IMG/VR virus record: IMGVR_UViG_3300037467_000275
Span: 1 to 40,682 of that record
Length of the DNA: 40,682 nt
Direction: 5' to 3' (one strand)
Source of the DNA: a virus
Lineage: Duplodnaviria > Caudoviricetes
The notes beneath the pieces are model-generated. The model ran no database searches. It had not been told where the DNA came from and saw only the letters and a list, made by a program, of their open reading frames with translations. Made by a program: the position numbers and the translations under genes. Below are positions 1 through 8,360 of the stretch, in pieces (positions within the stretch are counted from its first letter, which is position 1; every line of letters starts with the position of its first letter).

Positions 1-47
1 ACTGACGCTTCTCTCCCCACGCTGTTTCGAGCACCGCAGGAGGCGCT

Positions 48-296
48 GTGAGCGACGTGGAGCGCCTGTCTGACGTGGTGGGAACTGGCAGTCGCCGGGC
101 GTCTCTTGAGGCGCTTCGGGGTGTCCTAGCGCGCACCATTGAGGACGCCGAGCCGGGTCAGGTTGCGGCATTGTCGCGCCAGCTTGCTCTGGTGCTCAAG
201 GAGATCGACGAACTACCTGCAGCGAAGGGGGCGTCGAGCCTTGACCAGCTTGCCTCGCGCCGCGCTGCTCGGAAGCCAAGAGCCGCGTCTCAGTAG
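48..296 (+). CDS. Terminase small subunit
   Basis: 82 aa helical protein (SRRASLEALRGVLARTIE...LSRQL...LDQLASRRAAR) typical of actinophage TerS. First gene, AGGAGG RBS, overlaps TerL. Confidence 0.8.
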   Translation: MSDVERLSDVVGTGSRRASLEALRGVLARTIEDAEPGQVAALSRQLALVLKEIDELPAAKGASSLDQLASRRAARKPRAASQ

Positions 297-1701
297 CGCG
301 CCGAAGTCGGTCTCGTCGTCGGGTGACGATGCGATCGAGTTGGCGCGCATTGCCGGCCTGGATCTTGACCCGTGGCAGCAGCACGTTCTGCGGGTTGCTC
401 TCGGTGAGAAGCCGGACGGTCGGTGGTCCGCGTTTGAGGTGGGGCTGATCGTCCCACGGCAGAACGGCAAGGGCAGCATCCTTGAGGCGCGCGAGCTGGC
501 TGGCTTGTTCCTGTTCGGGGAGCGGCTGATCCTGCACAGCGCCCACGAGATGAAGACGGCTGTCGAGGCGTACCTGCGGATCAAGTACCTGATCGAGTCG
601 ACGCCTGAGCTGAACGAGCAGGTCGATCACTTCTACCAGTCGAACGAGAAGACTGCGATCGAACTCAAGAATGGGTCGCGCCTGCGGTTCATGGCCCGCT
701 CGTCGGGTTCGGGTCGAGGCTTCACGGGCGACGTCATCATTCTCGACGAGGCGTACAACCTGCCGTTTGAGACTCTGGCCGCGGTGCTGCCGACGATGTC
801 GGCGAAGTCGATCACAGGTAACCCGCAGCTTTGGTACACCTCGAGCGCCGGCCTTGACTCGTCTGAGGTTCTGGCGACTGTCCGCGAGCGTGGCATCAAG
901 GGCGACAAGGGCCTAGCATTCTTCGACTGGTCCGCGCCTGATGATGCGGACCCGGACGACCGCGCGATGTGGGCGATGGCGAACCCTGGGCTCGGCATCC
1001 GTATCGGCGAGGACTTCGTCGAGAAGGAACGGGCCGCGTTCGGTGAGGACGATGCCGGGTTGAAGATGTTCCTTCGGGAGCGTCTCGGCGTGTGGCATGA
1101 CCCGAACCGCGGCACGGTGATCGACCCGGCGCTGTGGTCAAGGCTTGCGCTCGAGCCGACTGAGGTTGAGCGCCCGGAGCTTGTGGCGTTCTCTATCGAT
1201 GTCCCGCCTGACCGTTCGACGGCGAGTATCGGCATTGCCGGCGCCCGCTCCGATGGCAGCTTGCACGTCCAACTCGACCAGGAGTCAGTCGGCTATCGCG
1301 GCACCGCTTGGGTGCCAGCTCGCGTGGCGGAACTGGTCGCGAAGTGGTCGCCGTGCGCGGTGGTCCTTGACGCTTCCGGCCCGGCCGGTTCACTGCTGGC
1401 TCCGCTGCAGGAGGCGGGTGTCGAGGTGGTGACGACGTCGGCCCGCGAGATGGGCCAGGCGTGCGGCATGTTCTACGACGCCGCAACTGAAGAGGCGCTG
1501 CGCCATCTGAACGACAACCGCCTGAACCTCTCTCTTGCTGCGGCCCGTAAGCGCCCTCTGGGTGATGCGTGGGCGTGGCATCGCAAGGGTGTCTCTGACA
1601 TCAGCCCGCTTGTCGCCGTGACGCTCGCCGTTTGGGGATTCACGACTCGCGCGCAGCGCGAACCGAAGACCAAGGCGCCGTCCAAGGCGTTCGCTTTCTA
1701 G
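241..1701 (+). CDS. Terminase large subunit
   Basis: Walker A VPRQNGKG, Walker B IILDEA, YTSSAG coupling motif, C-terminal nuclease (FSIDV...DISPLVAVTLA). TTG start at 241 with GAAGGGG upstream is preferred to 139. Confidence 0.95.
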   Translation: MTSLPRAALLGSQEPRLSSAPKSVSSSGDDAIELARIAGLDLDPWQQHVLRVALGEKPDGRWSAFEVGLIVPRQNGKGSILEARELAGLFLFGERLILHSAHEMKTAVEAYLRIKYLIESTPELNEQVDHFYQSNEKTAIELKNGSRLRFMARSSGSGRGFTGDVIILDEAYNLPFETLAAVLPTMSAKSITGNPQLWYTSSAGLDSSEVLATVRERGIKGDKGLAFFDWSAPDDADPDDRAMWAMANPGLGIRIGEDFVEKERAAFGEDDAGLKMFLRERLGVWHDPNRGTVIDPALWSRLALEPTEVERPELVAFSIDVPPDRSTASIGIAGARSDGSLHVQLDQESVGYRGTAWVPARVAELVAKWSPCAVVLDASGPAGSLLAPLQEAGVEVVTTSAREMGQACGMFYDAATEEALRHLNDNRLNLSLAAARKRPLGDAWAWHRKGVSDISPLVAVTLAVWGFTTRAQREPKTKAPSKAFAF

Positions 1702-1713
1702 CCCGTCGAAGGG

Positions 1714-3099
1714 GTGACCGTGGCCGACGAAATCGCACCTGGCTCCCCGAAGTGGTGGCTGAAGCGTCTCGATGACGAGTTGACTGCACGTTCTGGGGAC
1801 ATGCTCACGTACCGCGAGCTTGTCGATGACGTGCATTCGGCGCCGGAGTCGGCTGAGACGTCGCGGAAGTTCCACCGCATGGCGGGCCTTGCGACGACGA
1901 ACCTGACCGGCCTCGCTGTTGAGGCGACTGCTGAGCGCATGAACGTCGAGGGCATCCGTATCGGTGACGAGCCGGACGCCGACAAGGACGTTTGGGATGG
2001 AATCTGGCAGGGCTCGGACTTTGACGCCGGCAGCCAGGATGCCATCACGTCGGCGCTGGTTTACAGCCGTTCATTCGTGTCGGTGTCGCCGCCCAAGCCG
2101 GGCGGTCGCGCTCGCCTGAACTATGAGGACCCCCGTCAGGTGGTCCTCTCCTACATGCCCGACGGTTCACGTGGGCCGGCGCTGAAGGTCTTCACTGACG
2201 AGTGGACGGGCGACACCTTCGGGACGCTCTACACGAACGAGGTCATCGTCAAGATGGTCCGCCGCGGCAACCCTGCGGTGGGCGAGGATCTGCGCTGGCT
2301 TGCCCGTGACACCCGGTCGGAGTCGGCGGTCATCCGCAACCCGCTCGGTGAGGTGCCGTTCTTCGAGCTGCAGAACAAACTGACTGGGTCGATCCGGTCT
2401 GAGGTGGCGCCTTTGGTGGTGCCCCAGCAGCTCCTGAACCAGACGATGTTCAACATTGAGGCGATCGCGGAGTATGGCGCGTTCCGTCAGAAGTGGGCGA
2501 CGGGCATTGAGGTGCCGCGCGACCCGGTGACGGGTAACCCTGTTGCCCCGTATGAGGCGCACATCGCGAAGCTGTTCGTTGCTGAGGGTGCCGATGCGAA
2601 GTTCGGCGACTTCGGCGCGTCGGACCTCGGGCCGCACATCGACTTCGCTCGGGAGATCGCGGCGCACATGGCTCGCCTGTCGCGGGTGCCGATCACTTAC
2701 TTCCTGTCGAACATCAGCAACCTGGGCGGCGACGCTCTGGCGCTGCTCATCTCAGGGCTGGTGCTGAAGTGTCAGCGCCGCGTGAAGGGTTACGAGCCTG
2801 CGTTTGAGGGCGCGATCCGGTTGGCGTTGAAGGCTGAGGGTGACGCTCGCGCGAACGCGGCGAACATCGAGATCAAGTGGGCTGACATGGAGACCCGTTC
2901 GATGGCTCAGTCTGCCGACGCTGCAGTGAAGCTGACGCAGGGCGACGACCCTGTCATCACGCCGCAGACGGCGCAGGAGAAGTTCCTGGGCATGTCTCAG
3001 ACGGAGCGTGACCGGGACGACGCTTGGCGTCAGGCTGGCCGCGCGACGAGCAACCTGGCTGCGGTTCTTGATGCGGCGCAGGCCGCTCCGCTGCCGTGA
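1714..3099 (+). CDS. Portal protein (SPP1 gp6-like)
   Basis: 461 aa directly after TerL; motifs NPLGEVPFFEL, AFRQKWATG, IKWAD. Start may be the GTG at 1720. Confidence 0.9.
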   Translation: MTVADEIAPGSPKWWLKRLDDELTARSGDMLTYRELVDDVHSAPESAETSRKFHRMAGLATTNLTGLAVEATAERMNVEGIRIGDEPDADKDVWDGIWQGSDFDAGSQDAITSALVYSRSFVSVSPPKPGGRARLNYEDPRQVVLSYMPDGSRGPALKVFTDEWTGDTFGTLYTNEVIVKMVRRGNPAVGEDLRWLARDTRSESAVIRNPLGEVPFFELQNKLTGSIRSEVAPLVVPQQLLNQTMFNIEAIAEYGAFRQKWATGIEVPRDPVTGNPVAPYEAHIAKLFVAEGADAKFGDFGASDLGPHIDFAREIAAHMARLSRVPITYFLSNISNLGGDALALLISGLVLKCQRRVKGYEPAFEGAIRLALKAEGDARANAANIEIKWADMETRSMAQSADAAVKLTQGDDPVITPQTAQEKFLGMSQTERDRDDAWRQAGRATSNLAAVLDAAQAAPLP

Positions 3100-3800
3100 C
3101 CCCGAGGGCGCTGACTCAGCAACACCGCGCGCAGCAGTTGCTCCTACGTAGGGCGACCATCGCTCAGGTGTCGCGGCTGTGGCCGGCACTCGACTGGGCT
3201 CGTCTCGACGAAACCTATCCGGCGTTCGCGGTCAGTGTGGCGGCGCTCGTTCAGCGCAACCGGCAGACGTCGGCCGGGTTGGCGGCACAGTACCTCCGCG
3301 CTTTCCGCAAGGCGTCGGGTGTTCCCGGCGAACTCAAGGTGGTGTTCGCTGAGCCGCTGATCGTGGACCAGTTCTCGACGTCGCTTCGCGTGGTGTCGGT
3401 AGTCGCTGCGAAGAAGTCGGCCGCCGCCGGCATTGATAAGAGTGATGCGATGCGTAACGCACTGACCCTGACTGGCGGTGCAATGGCTCGCCTAGTTCTC
3501 GACTCTGGCCGAGACACCACCCTATTCACAGTCGACTCCGACCCCAAGGCGTCCGGCTGGCAGCGGGTAGTGGGTGGCGAAGGCTGCGGATTCTGCCAAA
3601 TGCTGGCTGATCGAGGCGCCGTCTACGGCGAAAACTCCGCCGACTTCGCGAGCCATGACCATTGCGGATGTAGCGCCGAGCCCGTGTTTGGTGGCGAGGG
3701 CAAGCGCGTCCGCGACTACGCCCCATCCACGCGCGACATTCCAGATGCCGACAAGGCGAGGGCGCGCGCATACATCGCCGAGCACTACGGCGACAACTAG
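3096..3800 (+). CDS. MuF-like minor capsid / capsid maturation protein
   Basis: WQRV...CGFCQMLADRG.VY...HDHCGC motif; lies between portal and scaffold. Confidence 0.8.
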   Translation: MTPRALTQQHRAQQLLLRRATIAQVSRLWPALDWARLDETYPAFAVSVAALVQRNRQTSAGLAAQYLRAFRKASGVPGELKVVFAEPLIVDQFSTSLRVVSVVAAKKSAAAGIDKSDAMRNALTLTGGAMARLVLDSGRDTTLFTVDSDPKASGWQRVVGGEGCGFCQMLADRGAVYGENSADFASHDHCGCSAEPVFGGEGKRVRDYAPSTRDIPDADKARARAYIAEHYGDN

Positions 3801-3851
3801 ACCACCGTCGCCGCAACGGGGACGGACGATCCCGAAACGGGAGACATCACC

Positions 3852-4349
3852 ATGTCCGAGGCAACCATTGACGCTCAGCCGACCGAAACGGACGGCGCCG
3901 AGCAGGAGACGCCTAAGCCCAAGCCCACCGAAACGGTGGAGTTCTGGAAGCAGAAGGCGCGCGAGCAGGAGCAGCGTGCGAAGGCCAACGCCGACGCAGC
4001 GAACCGACTCAAGGAGTTCGAAGACCGCGACAAGACCGAGGCGCAGAAGCTCGCGGAGCGCGCCGAGGCTGCCGAGCGGCGCGTCGCCGAGATCGAGGCG
4101 CACGCCATCCGGCTCGAGGTCGCGGCTGAGAAGGGTTTGACCCCGGCGCAGGCGAAACGCCTCGTCGGTTCGACCCGTGCCGAACTCGAGGCGGACGCCG
4201 ACGAACTGCTCGAAACCTTCAAGCCGGCCGCGCCGGCTGAGGAGCCCGTCGGGCTCCCGTCGCTGGACCTCGGGACCAGGGGCAGCGCCCCACTCCCGCT
4301 CAACGGAGACCCGCTGGAGCAGGCCCTCCGCAAATCGCTTGGCATCTGA
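3852..4349 (+). CDS. Capsid scaffolding protein
   Basis: Acidic coiled coil (KTEAQKLAERAE...RLVGSTRAELEADA), directly upstream of the capsid gene. Confidence 0.85.
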   Translation: MSEATIDAQPTETDGAEQETPKPKPTETVEFWKQKAREQEQRAKANADAANRLKEFEDRDKTEAQKLAERAEAAERRVAEIEAHAIRLEVAAEKGLTPAQAKRLVGSTRAELEADADELLETFKPAAPAEEPVGLPSLDLGTRGSAPLPLNGDPLEQALRKSLGI

Positions 4350-4375
4350 CGATGCCCACACTATAGGAGCACATC

Positions 4376-5278
4376 ATGGCGGTTACCGCCGCAACGAAGA
4401 ACTCGGACTTCTCCGGGTTCCTGAACCGCGACCAGTCCGCGGGCATCTTCGACAAGGCCGCGCAGCAGTCCGTCGTGCAGCGCCTCGCGCGTCAGATCCC
4501 CCTCGGCATCAACGGCCAGAGCATCCCCGTCGTCACCGGCAACCTCACCGCTGGGTGGGTCGCTGAGGGCGCGCAGAAGCCGGCCAGCTCGGGCTCCATG
4601 TCCCTCAAGACGATGGACCCGAAGAAGCTCGCCGTCATCGCGGTCGTGTCCGCTGAGGTTGTCCGGGCCAACCCCGGCAACTACATGAACTTCATCCGCA
4701 ACGACGTCGCCCGCGCGTTCGCGGTCGCGTTCGACGCGGCTGCTCTTCACGGCACGTCGACGCCGTTCTCGACGTACATCGACCAGACGTCCAACTCGGT
4801 CGAGTTCACGGGCACCACGCCCGCGTTCACGTCGGTGTGGGCTGACCTGAACTCGGCGCTCAACACGCTCGTCACCGCGGGCAAGGATGCCACGGGCTGG
4901 GCTCTCGACTCGCGCTTCGAGCCGGTCCTCAACGGTGTCGTCGACACCGCGGGCCGTCCGCTGTTCATCGAGTCGCCGCTCACCGAGACGGCCGGCCCGA
5001 TCCGCTCGGGTCGCCTCATGGGCCGCGAGGCCTTCGTCGGCCCCGGCGTCTACGCCGCCACCGGCAAGATCTACGGCTACCTCGGCGACTGGTCGCAGGC
5101 CGCCTGGGGCACCGTCGGCGGCATCTCCTACGACATCAGCACGCAGGCGACGGTCACCGTCAACGGCGCGCTCGTGTCGCTGTGGGAGAACAACCTCGTC
5201 GCGGTCCGCGCCGAGGCTGAGTACGGCTTCCTCGTGAACGACACCGCGTCGTTCGTGAAGCTCCAGAACAACGCCTGA
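4376..5278 (+). CDS. Major capsid protein (HK97 fold)
   Basis: AGWVAEGAQKP, PKKLAVIAVVSAEV, FDAAALHG, LWENNLVAVRAEAEYGF; AGGAG RBS. Confidence 0.95.
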   Translation: MAVTAATKNSDFSGFLNRDQSAGIFDKAAQQSVVQRLARQIPLGINGQSIPVVTGNLTAGWVAEGAQKPASSGSMSLKTMDPKKLAVIAVVSAEVVRANPGNYMNFIRNDVARAFAVAFDAAALHGTSTPFSTYIDQTSNSVEFTGTTPAFTSVWADLNSALNTLVTAGKDATGWALDSRFEPVLNGVVDTAGRPLFIESPLTETAGPIRSGRLMGREAFVGPGVYAATGKIYGYLGDWSQAAWGTVGGISYDISTQATVTVNGALVSLWENNLVAVRAEAEYGFLVNDTASFVKLQNNA

Positions 5279-5289
5279 TCGGAGTCCTG

Positions 5290-5469
5290 ATGGCAGTCAG
5301 CAAGGCAACTACCAAGGCAGACATCCAGTCAACCGATGAGTCGCCGGCTGTCGCCGACGCTCCCGCTGAGAAGACCGTTGCGTTCACGTCCCCGTGGGGT
5401 TCGAAGGTGACGGTCGGCGAAGACGTCGCGGAGCTGTTCAAGGACGCCGGCTACAAGCCGGCCAAGTGA
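5290..5469 (+). CDS. Small virion-associated hypothetical protein (59 aa)
   Basis: Not in the ORF track. GGAG RBS and ATG at 5290; MAVSKATTKAD...TSPWGSKVTVGEDVAELFKDAGYKPAK; fills the gap after the capsid gene. Confidence 0.7.
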   Translation: MAVSKATTKADIQSTDESPAVADAPAEKTVAFTSPWGSKVTVGEDVAELFKDAGYKPAK

Positions 5470-5487
5470 TCGGAAGGGGTGGTCAGC

Positions 5488-5853
5488 ATGGCGTTCCTCG
5501 AAGTCTCTGATCTGGCGCCGTTCGCGACGATTGACGCCGCGAAGGCTCAGGCGATGATCGACGACGCTGAGGCGATGGCCGTGCTGGCCGCCCCTTGCAT
5601 CACTGATGAGGGCTTCGCGCACGCCGCCGCCGTTAAGGCGGTTCTGCGTGGGGCTGTTCTGCGCTGGAACGACTCGGGCTCGGGCGCGTTGCAGGCGCAG
5701 CAGGCCGGCCCGTTCGGTCAGACGCTTGACACGCGGCAGGAGCGGCGTGGCATGTTCTGGCCTTCGGAGATCGCGCAACTCCAGTCATTTTGCGCCTCTG
5801 GCACGTCATACACGGTGAGCCTGGCCGGTCCTGACTATGAGCCGATCGTCTGA
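5488..5853 (+). CDS. Head-to-tail adaptor
   Basis: AMIDDAEAMAVLAAPC...AVLRW...QQAGPFGQT...MFWPSEI pattern; synteny. Confidence 0.8.
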   Translation: MAFLEVSDLAPFATIDAAKAQAMIDDAEAMAVLAAPCITDEGFAHAAAVKAVLRGAVLRWNDSGSGALQAQQAGPFGQTLDTRQERRGMFWPSEIAQLQSFCASGTSYTVSLAGPDYEPIV

Positions 5854-6200
5854 TGGCTGGGTTCGCCTACGGTGAGACGGTCGTCATCCTGGGGCCGGGT
5901 GTCACACAGGACGACTACGGCAATGACGTCGAGGACTGGGAGTCGCCCGACGAGGTTGCGACGATCCCCGGTGTGGGCGTCGAGCCGAGGCCGTCTGGCG
6001 AGTCTTTCACGGAGGACCGCAACGCCGTGACGGACGGCTACACCCTCTACTTCCCTGCGGGCTCGACGGTGCTGCCGACGCAGCGGGTCCGGGTCCGAGG
6101 TTCGGACTGGCCGGTTCTGGGCGCTCCTGCCGTGTGGCGTAACCCGTTCACGGGTTGGGAGCCTGGCGTCGTTGTTCAGGTTGGGCGGACTGATGGCTGA
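5853..6200 (+). CDS. Head-to-tail stopper
   Basis: DDYGNDVEDW...YTLY...RVRVRG..W.V.G.PAVW.NPFTGW; synteny. Confidence 0.8.
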   Translation: MAGFAYGETVVILGPGVTQDDYGNDVEDWESPDEVATIPGVGVEPRPSGESFTEDRNAVTDGYTLYFPAGSTVLPTQRVRVRGSDWPVLGAPAVWRNPFTGWEPGVVVQVGRTDG

Positions 6201-6444
6201 CTTCAGAATCGTCTTCAAGCGAGGCTCGCTCGGACCGGTCCTGAAGTCCGGTGAGATGCGCGCCGCCATCAGCGAAATAGCTGAGGGCATGGCGGCCAGG
6301 GCGAGGGGCATGACCGATGACGACATCGAGGTCAAGGTCCACGACCGCAGGGACCGGGTGGGGGCCTACATTAACCGGCTCGGCTCTGGCGGTCGCGGCG
6401 AGGCTCTAGACCGTGCTCTCGGGCGTTCCATCGGAGGTGCCTGA
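6193..6444 (+). CDS. Neck/tail completion protein
   Basis: 83 aa between stopper and terminator, ending ALGRSIGGA. Confidence 0.6.
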   Translation: MADFRIVFKRGSLGPVLKSGEMRAAISEIAEGMAARARGMTDDDIEVKVHDRRDRVGAYINRLGSGGRGEALDRALGRSIGGA

Positions 6445-6854
6445 TGCCCGTCGTGGTTCCCGCTGACGCCGAGCGTCTCCTCACCGACTTCACGCTGACC
6501 GTCATCGACGGCGGCCACCTACCCACCCCGCCAACCGGCTCGGCGTGGAAGCGCGGCACGACCATCGCGCCGAACGTCACCCCCAAGTGGTTCATCCAAG
6601 TGCGTCAGATCGGCGGTGAGGACGCGGGCCGCGTGGCTGAGCGTCCGCTGCTCGACGTGCGCGTGTGGGCTGACGGCACCCCCGCCACGGAGGCGACACG
6701 CTCACTTGCTGCGCGCATCCTCCTGGCCCGTATACGGCAGGCCTTCCCGTGCAACGTGTTCGCGCTTCCGGTTCCGCTGCCGGACCCGGTGGACCCGTCG
6801 AAGGTCCACACCCTCTTCACCGTCCAGCTACTCACGCGAGGAAGTCAGTCATGA
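6444..6854 (+). CDS. Tail terminator
   Basis: FIQVRQIGG...LDVRVWA...PVPLPDPVD..FTVQL; synteny. Confidence 0.7.
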   Translation: MPVVVPADAERLLTDFTLTVIDGGHLPTPPTGSAWKRGTTIAPNVTPKWFIQVRQIGGEDAGRVAERPLLDVRVWADGTPATEATRSLAARILLARIRQAFPCNVFALPVPLPDPVDPSKVHTLFTVQLLTRGSQS

Positions 6855-7030
6855 GCGACACCGTCAAGGTCGAGTTCGCGTACCCGTACACGGACGCGGC
6901 CGGCAAGAACCACAACGCCGACGCGACTGCGAGCCTGCCGCGCGAAGAGGCGAAGAACCTCATCCACTTCGGACGCGCCCGCGTCGCGAACGAGTCGGCC
7001 CCCAAGGCCACCGCCAAGAAGGAGAGCTAA
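6851..7030 (+). CDS. Small virion hypothetical protein
   Basis: MSDTVKVEFAYPYTDAAGK...EEAKNLIHFGRAR; ATGA overlap with the upstream gene. Confidence 0.65.
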   Translation: MSDTVKVEFAYPYTDAAGKNHNADATASLPREEAKNLIHFGRARVANESAPKATAKKES

Positions 7031-7033
7031 GCG

Positions 7034-7567
7034 ATGGCTAAGGATCGCGACAACGTCAGGATTTACGGTGACGACGCTTCGGGCGTCTACGTCGGCGACA
7101 AGGGCACGACCGGCCCGACCACGCTCGCAGCGCCCGGCGTCGGCTTCGACGAGGTGGGCTGGCTGTCCGAGGATGGCGTCGACTTCGACCGCTCGGAGGA
7201 TGTCGCCGAGTTCAAGGGTTGGCAGGGCGGCACGACGCTGCGCAAGAAGGTGACCTCCCAGGAGGACACCTTCCGGTTCGTGTGCCTTGAGGAGACGGCC
7301 CTGACGATGGGCCTCTACTATAAGGGCGTCGCCCCGACGACCGCCACGGGTGTCGACACGTTCGCCATCACCAACCAGGCCGTCTCGGACGAGCGGGCGT
7401 GGGTGGTTGACGTCGTCGATGACACCATCACCAAGCGTTACGTCATCCCCTCGGGTGAGATCACGGGCCGCGCGACGGTCCCCCACAAGAACTCGGACCT
7501 CACCATGTACGAGTTCACGGTCACGATCTACGGCGACTACTCGATCCTGAAGACCGCCGCAGCCTGA
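7034..7567 (+). CDS. Major tail protein
   Basis: VGWLSEDGV...GWQGG..LR...LEET...RYVIP.GEIT...YEFTVT, an actinophage tail tube pattern. Confidence 0.9.
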   Translation: MAKDRDNVRIYGDDASGVYVGDKGTTGPTTLAAPGVGFDEVGWLSEDGVDFDRSEDVAEFKGWQGGTTLRKKVTSQEDTFRFVCLEETALTMGLYYKGVAPTTATGVDTFAITNQAVSDERAWVVDVVDDTITKRYVIPSGEITGRATVPHKNSDLTMYEFTVTIYGDYSILKTAAA

Positions 7568-7576
7568 CCCCACGAC

Positions 7577-7628
7577 CCAACGCCCCCGGTTCGCAGGCGC
7601 CGGGGGCGTTGGCCTGCCTGCAGCCTGC
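7577..7628 (+). promoter_or_regulatory. 13-bp hairpin with possible pseudoknot between major tail and chaperone genes
   Basis: CCAACGCCCCCGG (7577-7589) pairs with CCGGGGGCGTTGG (7600-7612); loop GCAGGC is complementary to downstream GCCTGC copies; no U tract. Confidence 0.6.
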
Positions 7629-7644
7629 TTGAAGGAGCACCACC

Positions 7645-7980
7645 ATGACCAAGATCCCTGTCGGCGCAAAGGTGCCCACAGACCACCAGCCGAAGGCCGA
7701 GGCCGCCGCACAGCACCTCGACGTGTTGCACAACGGCGAGACGTACCGCATCGACCGCGACAACGCCGACAACCTCGAACTCATGGAGTTCACCGAGGAC
7801 GGCAAATACATCAGCGCCATCCGCGGCTATCTCGGCGAGGACCAGTGGTCCAAGTGGAAGAACGCGAACCGTGATGAGAAGGGCCGCGTCCGGTCGGGCG
7901 ACTTCGAGTCGTTCCTGCAGTCCGTCATGGACGCGATCGGCGGCAAGTCGGGAAACTCCTCGGGCTCTGCTACCTCCTGA
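7645..7980 (+). CDS. Tail assembly chaperone (short form)
   Basis: GAAGGAG RBS; follows major tail; contains slippery GGGAAAC at 7950-7956. Confidence 0.85.
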   Translation: MTKIPVGAKVPTDHQPKAEAAAQHLDVLHNGETYRIDRDNADNLELMEFTEDGKYISAIRGYLGEDQWSKWKNANRDEKGRVRSGDFESFLQSVMDAIGGKSGNSSGSATS

Positions 7981-8360
7981 GAGAGCACGCAGGGCCGCTC
8001 GAGGCTGACTTCCAGCGGTACTACCAGCTTGATCTGCTGGACCTGTGGCGTGGCCGGTTGACGCCGCGCCGCGCCGCGGTCCTGGCGATGCAACTTCCGT
8101 CGGGCGCGCAGACGTGGGTGTCGTGCGGCTTTGACAATGCATGGACGCTCGGCGAGCACCTGACTGCAGCCGTTGTGGATGCGGTGCGGGCGGGCAATTG
8201 GCAGCGCGCTGGCGACCCGAAGGCGAGGCGCCCTGAGCCCGTGAAGCGCCCTGCTGACCTGCGCGCCCATGATGCGACCGCGGCCCGCAATGACACTAAG
8301 GCGCTGGCGTTCCTTGAACGCCAGAAGCGCCGACAACTTGAGCAGACCGAGGAGGCGTGA
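7645..8360 (+). CDS. Tail assembly chaperone, long form via programmed -1 frameshift at about 7950-7956
   Basis: G GGA AAC slip. The -1 frame is open to 8360 and reads GKLLGLCYLLREHAGPLEADFQRYYQLDL..., a typical G-T extension. Confidence 0.85.

Noticed and set aside
139-240. N-terminal extension of TerL in the ORF track
   Set aside because: It lies within TerS; TTG at 241 has an RBS and gives a typical N-terminus.
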